NCBI GenBank assembly: GCA_031409335.1
Contig: JANNWY010000223.1
Span: forward strand, 1-22,156
Length of the DNA stretch: 22,156 bases
Direction: 5' to 3'
From: Chthoniobacteraceae bacterium
GTDB taxonomy: Bacteria; Verrucomicrobiota; Verrucomicrobiia; Chthoniobacterales; Chthoniobacteraceae
Part shown: positions 8,493 through 16,466 of the stretch, piece after piece
Numbering within the stretch: position 1 is the first letter of the stretch
Layout of the letters: each line of letters starts with the position of its first letter
The notes under the pieces: model-generated
The model's database searches: none
Told to the model about the DNA's origin: nothing
What the model saw: only the letters and a program-made list of their open reading frames with translations
Program-made: the position numbers and the translations under genes

Positions 8493-9326
8493 ATGAATGA
8501 ACGAACACACATTTCACGCAGGGCTCGTGCGGCTGCCGGAGTGCTGATGGTTCTCGGAGCGGTGTTGTTGGTGACGATCTACGTCCTGCCGCGGGTTTAT
8601 TTCGCGAAAGTCACGATGGAAGTGACGGCCGACGATTCCGGCGGAATCAATGTCTTTGGTGGGAGCAGTGAGCAGATCGACCGACAATTCATCGCTGCGC
8701 AGATCTCGATTCTCCGGAGCAAAGAAATCCTCTACCAAGTGATCCAGAACCTTCTGCTGAATAAAATCTGGTCGAACGACGAGCAGCCGTTGTCTATGGA
8801 GCAAGTATTCGTGCGACTCGTGAATTCTTTGGAAATCCGAGAGGTCGATCGCAAGGGAATGATCGAGATCGGCGTCTATGACACTGACCCTCAGGGAGCC
8901 GCAAATATCGCGAATACGATTGCCGTGGTTTATCAGCGAAAGCGGTTCTCCGATTTACAGCGCATTGTCGATAGAGGCTTGGAACAGCTCAGGGATGAGG
9001 TGGAAAAGCAACGCGCGCGAGCCGACGAGGCCGTTGTCGATATGAACAAGATTCGAGAAGCGGAAGGCATCACCGACTCCGACCCGAACGAATATGGTGC
9101 CAGCCTCGACTCGCCCAAAGGCAAAGAGAGTCTTGATTCCTACGTGGAGGCAAAAATCCGCGCCCTGCAAAGCAGGCGCATTTCCGAAGCGGCGAAGACA
9201 AAGTACGCCACGGAACTACTTACCCACGACGAATCAAATCCCGCAAAAATTTGGGAAAAGGCGGAGCCGCCAATCCGGCCGATAGGTTTTGGTTTTCGCC
9301 GGCTCCGCCATGCGCTCACGCGGTAG
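8493..9326 (+). CDS. Wzz/Wzc(GumC)-like polysaccharide co-polymerase periplasmic-domain protein, without kinase domain
   Basis: ATG at 8493; N-terminal TM followed by LPRVY; QISILRSKEIL..VI..L.L; MIEIGVYDTDPQGAANIANTIA..Y; coiled coil; EKAEPP..P near the C-terminus. Confidence 0.7.
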   Translation: MNERTHISRRARAAAGVLMVLGAVLLVTIYVLPRVYFAKVTMEVTADDSGGINVFGGSSEQIDRQFIAAQISILRSKEILYQVIQNLLLNKIWSNDEQPLSMEQVFVRLVNSLEIREVDRKGMIEIGVYDTDPQGAANIANTIAVVYQRKRFSDLQRIVDRGLEQLRDEVEKQRARADEAVVDMNKIREAEGITDSDPNEYGASLDSPKGKESLDSYVEAKIRALQSRRISEAAKTKYATELLTHDESNPAKIWEKAEPPIRPIGFGFRRLRHALTR

Positions 9327-9441
9327 CCTCGGGGCGCACGCCGCCGCCCTCGCGAAATCGCCCGCGCAATCCATCCTCAACCTCGGGCCGGACCGGCACT
9401 GCTCTGGCTGGCGGACGCTGACCTTTCAGAAAAGCGCGCGC

Positions 9442-10257
9442 TCAGGAAGTCAGGCCGACAATCGAGATGCGGTGTTCGTTCGCAAGCGCGAGCAGGCGGT
9501 CACGTTCGAGTAAAAGCGTGCGGCCTGCCTCGACGCCGAGCACGCGGATTTTTGCGGCGCGCGCCGTCTCGATCGTCACGGGGCCGATCACCGGCACGTC
9601 GAAGCGCAAATCCTGATTTGGCTTCGATACTTTCACCATCACTGCGTCTTTCCGCCCGAGTTCCCCACCGCGCTGCATCGCCGCGTTCGTCCCTTCAAAC
9701 GCCTCGACCGCGAGCACCGTGCCCGCTTTCACCACGACGGTCTGCCCGATGTCGAGCGCGCTGGTTTCCTTCGCGATGCGAAAGCCGAACGCGACATCCG
9801 TTTCCTCACGGCGGCTCAGTTTCGGACCCGCGATCAAGCCCGCGGGCGCGAGATATTCATCCATGAAACTCGTCGCCAACATCAGCTCGACACCCGCGCT
9901 TTTCATCTCATCCGCGATCGCGCCGAAAATCGTCTCCGCATTCCGCTCGCGGAGTTTCGCCAGCACCAGGATCGCCTTCAAATCAGGCCGCAGCGCGAAC
10001 AGATTGCCCGGATGAATTTGCCCGGACATCACGGCGTGCGATGCGCCGGTTTTTTTCAAAAACGCGATCATCTTCCCGAGCTGCCCGACGCGCATCCACT
10101 CGATCTCATCCACGATCTCCGCGAGCTTCGGATCGGTCTCGCCGTGAAACGCCGCGACCGCGATCCGCGCGACTCCCGCCGCCCGCGCCGCGCGGACCAT
10201 GAGCTGCGGATAGACGCCGTTGCCGGCGATGATGGCGAGAAGGGTCGGCGTGGGCAC
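9442..10257 (-). CDS. lpxI: UDP-2,3-diacylglucosamine diphosphatase LpxI (DUF1009)
   Basis: Motifs LAIIAGNG.YP, DIGQTVVV...VLAVEAFEGT, VKVSKPNQDLRFDVPVIG..T, VEAGRTL. Confidence 0.95.
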   Translation of the reverse strand: MPTPTLLAIIAGNGVYPQLMVRAARAAGVARIAVAAFHGETDPKLAEIVDEIEWMRVGQLGKMIAFLKKTGASHAVMSGQIHPGNLFALRPDLKAILVLAKLRERNAETIFGAIADEMKSAGVELMLATSFMDEYLAPAGLIAGPKLSRREETDVAFGFRIAKETSALDIGQTVVVKAGTVLAVEAFEGTNAAMQRGGELGRKDAVMVKVSKPNQDLRFDVPVIGPVTIETARAAKIRVLGVEAGRTLLLERDRLLALANEHRISIVGLTS

Positions 10258-10314
10258 TGAGACGCTGAAACTAGCCAGCCAGTCTTCTTCGTGTCGAGAG
10301 GCAGACCGCGCGTC

Positions 10315-10788
10315 TCAGGAAAACACTGCCGCCAACTCCGCGCTAAGCCCGATCGCGGGATCGGTGATCGTGCCTTCGGTGAACGTTTTTTGCGCGCCGT
10401 CGGGAGAAAAAATGGTGATGCTTTGCGTCGGCGGGATGACCATCCAGCAACTCTTCACGCCGCTTTCGAGGTAGTGTGAAATCTTGTCCATCACGTCCTC
10501 GTAGGCTTGACGTGGTGAAAGAATTTCCACGATGAGCAGCGGCGGGTCTGTGCGCCAGGTGACATCGTGCCGAAAGTCGAGTCGAACTGCGGGATACACG
10601 CACAGATCGGGAACCGTCCGCTTTCCGTCGAGGTCGAGATTGAGTTCACTGAACGGTCGAAATTCTGGCATTCGTGCAAACGCGATAATGAGGTTCGTTT
10701 GGATGCCGGAATGGTTTTGCGTGGGCTTGGGTTTTCCTCTTTCCTCTTCGTAAGTCAGCGGGCGATCCGCCGTGCTCGTGATGCTCAT
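10315..10788 (-). CDS. Uma2 family (DUF820) putative restriction-fold endonuclease
   Basis: YEEERGKP..H, VPDLCV, PLLIVEILSP, K...Y...GVKSCWMV.P; start set at ATG 10788. Confidence 0.9.
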   Translation of the reverse strand: MSITSTADRPLTYEEERGKPKPTQNHSGIQTNLIIAFARMPEFRPFSELNLDLDGKRTVPDLCVYPAVRLDFRHDVTWRTDPPLLIVEILSPRQAYEDVMDKISHYLESGVKSCWMVIPPTQSITIFSPDGAQKTFTEGTITDPAIGLSAELAAVFS

Positions 10789-10950
10789 GGTTTGCAGGGT
10801 AGCATCTGAAGTGGGGACGGCAATGCGCACGTTTGGCGATGCGCACATTTAGCGATTGAGTGTTTTGATAAAAAAATCATTTTCTCCCTTGAATCACCTT
10901 TTTCGCTGGCGATAGTCCGTCACATCTCATCTATTCCGCGCCCTTCGATT

Positions 10951-13698
10951 ATGGATATTTCCTCCCGTTTCCCGCTGGCTTTGGCGTTCTGTTTGGTGCT
11001 CCCGAGTCTGCCCGCCGCAGTCGCCGCGCCTCCTGTGCTTGGCGACACTTTAGCTTCTGAAAATGGGTCGGCGCGCGTCTTTCCGAGAATTCCGGTGGGC
11101 AAGACGCTGGTGCTGCCGCTGCTCGCTTCGGACGCGGATGGGGACGTGCTCGATTTCGCGGTGAGCAGCAGCAATCCGAAAATCATGGCCCGCGTGCGCA
11201 CGGGCTGCCCGATCTTGAAAATCCATGTCAGTTACGCGGGCGATCCCGCGGCGAGTCCGCCCGCTGCCGCGTTTGAGGGCGACATGGAGTATCAGCTTTT
11301 TCGGGATGTCACTCCGGCGACCACGGGCAGCATTGGCGGGGCGGCGCAGGGGGGATTTTATGACGGCGTGATTTTCCATCGCGTCATTCCGGGGTTCGTC
11401 ATTCAGGGTGGCGACAAGACGGGGACGGGCTCGGGCGATCCGGGATTTTCCTCGCCGCACGAATTTCGACCGGAGCTGATTTTCTCCGGGCGCGGCCAGC
11501 TCGCGATGGCCAATTCCAACGGCGGATACGAGCGCGGGAATTTTTCCCAGATCGGACAGTTCACGATTTTTACCGTCGGGAACTTTGCCGCCACCAACAG
11601 CTCGCAGTTTTTCGTCACCGTCGCGCAACCTCGCACCCTCGACTTCAAGCACACGATTTTCGGGCAGTTGATCCGCGGTTTCGATGTGCTCGACAAAGTG
11701 GTGGCGGTGCCGCGCGGTGCGGGTGACAAGCCGACTTCGGCAGTGGTCATGACGGCGGTCTCCGTGGTGCCGGGGAAAAGTGACGCGACGCTGATGCTCA
11801 GCGCGACCGCGATTGGCAGCGCGACGCTGACGGTGACGGCGCGCGACCCTGCCGGTGGCCGGGCGGTGCGGACGATCGCAGTCATCGCGCGGAGGGACGA
11901 CACGAACGATCCGCCGCTGCTGCGTCCGCTGCCAAATCTGCTCACGCCGGTCGGAGTCTCGCCAGGGTTGCCTTTGCGGGCATTTGATTTGGAGCACGAT
12001 TACCTGCTTTACGGGATCGCATCCTCCAGCGGCACGGCTCCGCAAATCTCCCAATCGTTCTCCCCGCGCTCGACTCCTGGTTCGCAGGATGTCGCGGTCG
12101 GAGTGGCGGGTTTTAATGATCCTCTGCTGAACGCGCAGCCAACCGTGTTCAATCAGTTCGCGGCATTCGATCCGTATCGTTTTGAAGTCGCGGAGATCGG
12201 CTACGGCGAACGCGCGATCAAGGCGGAGCCGGTGGCCGTGGCGGGCGAAGTGGCCGTGGAGCTGGCGGACGTGGTGCTCGCGGAATTTCGCGACGGCGAT
12301 GCGGCGGGAGTCGCCGCGGATTTCGGCGTGAGTGTGACTTGGGGAGACGGCAGTGCGATGGAAGCCAGCTCGGCGGCCGTGCCGAAAATCAGGGTCGCGC
12401 CGTCGCTCACGACGCCCGGTGCGTTCGTGGTGAAAGGCACGCACGCTTTTTTGAAGGCGGGCGTTTATTCGATCGAGACGATCATCGACGGCACCCTCGG
12501 CGCGGCGGCGCGCGTGCATAGCCAGGCGGTGATTGTCCCGGCGGGCACGGCGTTGCGCGCGGCGGGAGTGGTGCTTCAGAATGTCGGCGCGGCTTTGAAC
12601 GATCGCGTCGTCGCCACCTTCACCGACACCACGGCAGACGCGCAGGCCCGGGATTTTTCGGCGCGGATCGATTGGGGTGATGGCAGAAATTCCACCGGTC
12701 GGATCGTGGCGAATGGGGCGGGAAAATTTGCGGTGCTGGGCAGCCACACGTATCGCGATGCGGAGACGTTTTCCGTCATCGCCCACATCGCGCGCACGAC
12801 GCCATCCGCGGCGGTGGCCACGGCGTGGAGTCAGGTGCAGGCGAGCGGATTCACCGGGCCGAAACATTTGCCGCCATTTCCCGCGGTGCATCTCGTGGGG
12901 CAGATTTCGCAGGCGGGCGACGCTGCGGGAAATGCCATTCCGATCGTCGTCACCAGCGGAACGGGCGCGAACGCGCAGTCCCGCTTTTCGGTTTCGATCG
13001 TCGTCATCAATTCCGGCAATCTCACGAGCAACCCCGCGAATTTTCGCTTTTATCTGTCGAAAGACACGGTGCTGAACACGGTGCGTGTCGGCAACCAGCC
13101 CGCGGATATTCCCCTCTCGATCGGCACCTTTCGAGAAGGTGGACTCCCGGCGCTCCGGCCAACCGCGGGCCTGCGCTACGATCTCGTGCGCTCGGTGAAT
13201 CCGGACGGGTCCATTTCCGATTTGCGACTGGTCCCGCCACCCAGCCAGAGCGGCGCGAGCTACTTCCTGCTTGCGCACCTCGGTTACTCCGATCCGCTCG
13301 CGAACCAACTGCCGATTTCCAAAGATGTGACCTTCGGACGGCTCGATGGCATCACGCTGAACAAAACTGGTTTGGTCGTGACGGAAGCGGCGGGGCCGGC
13401 GCGCTCGCAAACCTTTACCGTCGTTCTGAAAGGCATTCCGCTCGCGGACGTAAGAATCCCGCTGACGCGCTCGGAGACCACGCAACTCACGCTGGATAAA
13501 TCCGAAGTGATCTTCACGCGCCAAAACTGGAACATTCCCCAAACCGTGACCGTGACCGCCACGGATGACACGATCGACGAAACCGCCTCCACGACGACCA
13601 TCATCACCATCGGTCCAACGGTGAGTACCGATGAATCCTGGAACGCCATGTCCGGCGGGACAGTCCGCGTGTTTGTGACAGACAACGACCCCGCCTAA
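10951..13698 (+). CDS. Secreted multidomain cyclophilin-type peptidyl-prolyl isomerase with Ig/PKD-like, CARDB-like and Calx-beta-like modules
   Basis: Sec-like signal (LALAFCLVLPSLPAAVAA); cyclophilin motifs FHRVIPGFVIQGG, LAMANS, SQFFVT, LDFKHTIFG; two WGDG...V.G.H.(F/Y) PKD-like repeats; NSGN...FYLSKD; C-terminal FTRQNWNIPQTVTVTATDD...VTDND. Confidence 0.88.
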   Translation: MDISSRFPLALAFCLVLPSLPAAVAAPPVLGDTLASENGSARVFPRIPVGKTLVLPLLASDADGDVLDFAVSSSNPKIMARVRTGCPILKIHVSYAGDPAASPPAAAFEGDMEYQLFRDVTPATTGSIGGAAQGGFYDGVIFHRVIPGFVIQGGDKTGTGSGDPGFSSPHEFRPELIFSGRGQLAMANSNGGYERGNFSQIGQFTIFTVGNFAATNSSQFFVTVAQPRTLDFKHTIFGQLIRGFDVLDKVVAVPRGAGDKPTSAVVMTAVSVVPGKSDATLMLSATAIGSATLTVTARDPAGGRAVRTIAVIARRDDTNDPPLLRPLPNLLTPVGVSPGLPLRAFDLEHDYLLYGIASSSGTAPQISQSFSPRSTPGSQDVAVGVAGFNDPLLNAQPTVFNQFAAFDPYRFEVAEIGYGERAIKAEPVAVAGEVAVELADVVLAEFRDGDAAGVAADFGVSVTWGDGSAMEASSAAVPKIRVAPSLTTPGAFVVKGTHAFLKAGVYSIETIIDGTLGAAARVHSQAVIVPAGTALRAAGVVLQNVGAALNDRVVATFTDTTADAQARDFSARIDWGDGRNSTGRIVANGAGKFAVLGSHTYRDAETFSVIAHIARTTPSAAVATAWSQVQASGFTGPKHLPPFPAVHLVGQISQAGDAAGNAIPIVVTSGTGANAQSRFSVSIVVINSGNLTSNPANFRFYLSKDTVLNTVRVGNQPADIPLSIGTFREGGLPALRPTAGLRYDLVRSVNPDGSISDLRLVPPPSQSGASYFLLAHLGYSDPLANQLPISKDVTFGRLDGITLNKTGLVVTEAAGPARSQTFTVVLKGIPLADVRIPLTRSETTQLTLDKSEVIFTRQNWNIPQTVTVTATDDTIDETASTTTIITIGPTVSTDESWNAMSGGTVRVFVTDNDPA

Positions 13699-13704
13699 TC
13701 CGCC

Positions 13705-16416
13705 ATGAAACCGCGCAAGTTCTCCCTTCGTTCGCTCACCAGTTGGTTGTTCAAAAAACGCCCGGCGAACACCGTCCTCCTCACTTCACAAATGCGCCCG
13801 CAGACCTCCGCGCGCGACCGCATCCGCAACGGCATCGAGCCGCTCGAAGGCCGCATCGCACCCGCGATTTTGCTCAATGGCCACACGCTGACTTACAACG
13901 ACAGCGACGGTGATTCCGTGCGCGTGACCTTCTCGAGCGACATCTTTGACATGACTCTGGTGACGCTCCCGGACGTGCTCACGCAGGTGTTCAAATTCTC
14001 CGCGGGGAAAGCGCACACCGGCGCGGCCAACGCGACCGACGATGTGCCGCAGCAGCTCCAGCTCATCGACCTCAGCAAGGTTCCCACGAAGCTGGTCGCA
14101 GGCGTCCAGACGAGTCGCGTCGCGGGGGTTTCGTTCACCATTTCCTCCGAGGTGAATCCCAACAGCGGCCTGCCGCCCGGTGATGGTTTGGCCGCGATCG
14201 GCGCGATCAATGCCGGGGCCAATGGACTCGGCACGGTGATCGTGGACGGCGATCTCGGGCAGATCGACGCGGGGACCGGGCGATCAAAAGTCGGCATCGG
14301 CATCCTCGTCGCGCAGTCGATCGGAAAGTTTGGCACGACGACGCAGGCGGCATCGCCCACGCCCGATCTCAACAGCGTCATCGCCGGGCGTCTCGGGCGG
14401 CTGGTCGTGTTTGATGACGTGCAGGGTTACATTCACGTCGTCGATGCCACGGTCGGTTCGGCGATCACGCAGCGCGGCACGATCAATCAGATCACGATCC
14501 GCGGCTCGCTCATCGGCAATCCAGCCCTCGCGACCACGAGCGATAACTCGGGCCGCATCGAGTCGTCGTTCGACATCGGGAACGTCATCATCGGCACGGA
14601 TTCGACGGACGGGATTTTCGGCGGCGGCGGTAGGAATTCCGGCGCGATCACCGCAGTCCATGCGATCGGCAGCATCACCACGACTGGCAACATCGAAGGC
14701 GGCGCGGGCGAAGGATCGGGCGTCGTTTCCTCGGGCGGGACGATTGGGCTCGTGAAAATCGGCGGCGATTTGAAAGGCGCAGTGGGCGTGCGTTCCGGCA
14801 GTGTTCGCAGCGGCGGCGGGATCGGGGATGTCGCCATCGGCAGCACGAATTCGAGTCACGATATCGTCGGCGGTGCCGGCGAAAGCAGCGGGGTGATTTT
14901 CAGCGGCGGCGCGGTTGGCAATGTGCATGTGTTTGGCGATGTGACGGGCGGCGGTTTGCGCGCCGGTGGCTTGCTCGCCGGGGGGAATATCAAGAGCGTG
15001 ATCGTGGACGGGAATCTGACCGGTGCCGCGGCTCCCGGCAGCGGCGTGATCGAAAGTCAGCGCGCCATCGGTCCGGCATTGATCGCCGGTGATGTGATCG
15101 GCGGCGATGGCGCGGGATCTGGCGCGGTGGTCGCGGGCAGCGCGCTCGCACGGATCACCGTGCTCGGCGATGTGAGTGGTGGAAAAGGGCTGGGCAGCGG
15201 CGCGATTTTGGGCGGGCACGATCCGACTTCGACGGTGCGCAGCCTTGGCAATGTGACGCTCGGCGGTGCGCTGATCGGTGGCGAAGGAATCAGTTCCGGC
15301 GAGATCAATTCCGGCGGCACGATCGCCGCGGTGCGGATCGGCACGACCTTGCAAAACGGATCGGCTATTCAGGGCGGCATCGGCGCATTGAGCGGCACGA
15401 TTTCCGCCCAAGGCGGAATCGCGAGCGTGACGGCACTGCGCGGAATCAGCGGAAGCACTGGCGCGGGTTCCGCCTCGATTCACGCGGAGGGACTTTTGGG
15501 AAGCGTCTCGGTGATTGGCGATGTCACCGGCGGTTCCGGCGCGGAAAGCGCGTCCATTTTCGCCCGCGAAAACGCCGCCGCCGCGCGCCCGATCGCGGGC
15601 GACATCGGCAGCGTCAGCATCACCGGCAAACTCATGGGCGCGGGCGACCGCACGGCGCTGGTGCAGGCCGACGGGATTCTCGGGCGGGCGACGATCGGTG
15701 CGATTCAGGGCGGGGCGGGAGCGTTCAGCGGCGCGATCATCAGTGGCGCGGGTTTGGTGCGGCCCGGCGCGACGGCGTCCATTGCCATCGCCGGACTGGT
15801 CGAAGGTGGAGCGGGTGAACGCTCCGGCTCGATCGAGATCGGGGGACGGCTGGCGAGTCTGATCGCGGGGGGATTCCAAGACGCGGATGTGCGGGTCGCG
15901 AATGATCTCGGACTTTTGCGGGTGAATGGCGACGTGATCGACTCGTCGATCACCGCGCGCGGTCAGGCCGTTCGCGGAGCGATCACCGATGTCGCGATCG
16001 GGGCCGTGACGATCGCCGGCAATGTGCTGAATTCCACCCTCCGCGCCGGGCTCGATACCGACGGGATCGCTGTGAACGCGGACGCGCAAATCGGTGGCGT
16101 GCGCGTGACGGGAAGCTGGACAGCGAGCGTGCTCGCCGCGGGCGCGGGCGCGGGCGTCGATGCGCTGTTCGGAACCTCGGATGACGGATTGATTCCCGGT
16201 GCCAACAACGCCCGCATCATCGCGCAAATCGCGAGCGTGATCATCGGCGGAGCCGTGAATGGAACCGCGGCAAGCGGCGATCACTTCGGCTTCATCTCGC
16301 AGCGCATCGGGGCATTTTCGGCAGGTGGCGTGGCACAGCCGCTGACGGCGGCAGGCGGGCAGGTTTTTGAAGTGGGCGCGACCGGCGACACGACCGTGCG
16401 CGAAGTGCTGGCGTGA
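13705..16416 (+). CDS. LEPR-XLL/planctomycete-extracellular-leader protein with Gly-rich beta-solenoid repeats
   Basis: 903 aa; basic N-terminus without a hydrophobic h-region, then IEPLEGRIAPA; about 16 repeats of about 26 aa (GD[VI]xGGxGxxSGx[IV]xxxGx[IL]GxVx[IV]); starts 6 bp after the previous stop. Confidence 0.82.
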   Translation: MKPRKFSLRSLTSWLFKKRPANTVLLTSQMRPQTSARDRIRNGIEPLEGRIAPAILLNGHTLTYNDSDGDSVRVTFSSDIFDMTLVTLPDVLTQVFKFSAGKAHTGAANATDDVPQQLQLIDLSKVPTKLVAGVQTSRVAGVSFTISSEVNPNSGLPPGDGLAAIGAINAGANGLGTVIVDGDLGQIDAGTGRSKVGIGILVAQSIGKFGTTTQAASPTPDLNSVIAGRLGRLVVFDDVQGYIHVVDATVGSAITQRGTINQITIRGSLIGNPALATTSDNSGRIESSFDIGNVIIGTDSTDGIFGGGGRNSGAITAVHAIGSITTTGNIEGGAGEGSGVVSSGGTIGLVKIGGDLKGAVGVRSGSVRSGGGIGDVAIGSTNSSHDIVGGAGESSGVIFSGGAVGNVHVFGDVTGGGLRAGGLLAGGNIKSVIVDGNLTGAAAPGSGVIESQRAIGPALIAGDVIGGDGAGSGAVVAGSALARITVLGDVSGGKGLGSGAILGGHDPTSTVRSLGNVTLGGALIGGEGISSGEINSGGTIAAVRIGTTLQNGSAIQGGIGALSGTISAQGGIASVTALRGISGSTGAGSASIHAEGLLGSVSVIGDVTGGSGAESASIFARENAAAARPIAGDIGSVSITGKLMGAGDRTALVQADGILGRATIGAIQGGAGAFSGAIISGAGLVRPGATASIAIAGLVEGGAGERSGSIEIGGRLASLIAGGFQDADVRVANDLGLLRVNGDVIDSSITARGQAVRGAITDVAIGAVTIAGNVLNSTLRAGLDTDGIAVNADAQIGGVRVTGSWTASVLAAGAGAGVDALFGTSDDGLIPGANNARIIAQIASVIIGGAVNGTAASGDHFGFISQRIGAFSAGGVAQPLTAAGGQVFEVGATGDTTVREVLA

Positions 16417-16466
16417 TTTCCCTCGCAGCCGCGACAGAGCCCGCGCATTTTCCCCGCCAGTGAACG

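Noticed and set aside
3982..10788. Anti-phage defence island (helicase, nuclease and Uma2)
   Set aside because: Lhr-core/PdeM is a known repair-associated pair, and Uma2 is unlinked, on the opposite strand and commonly scattered in such genomes.
10822..10880. ATGCGCAC direct repeat and FNR-like TTGAT-N6-ATCAT in the Uma2/PPIase divergent region
   Set aside because: The spacing does not fit the FNR consensus (N4) and the motifs are too short to support without comparative data.
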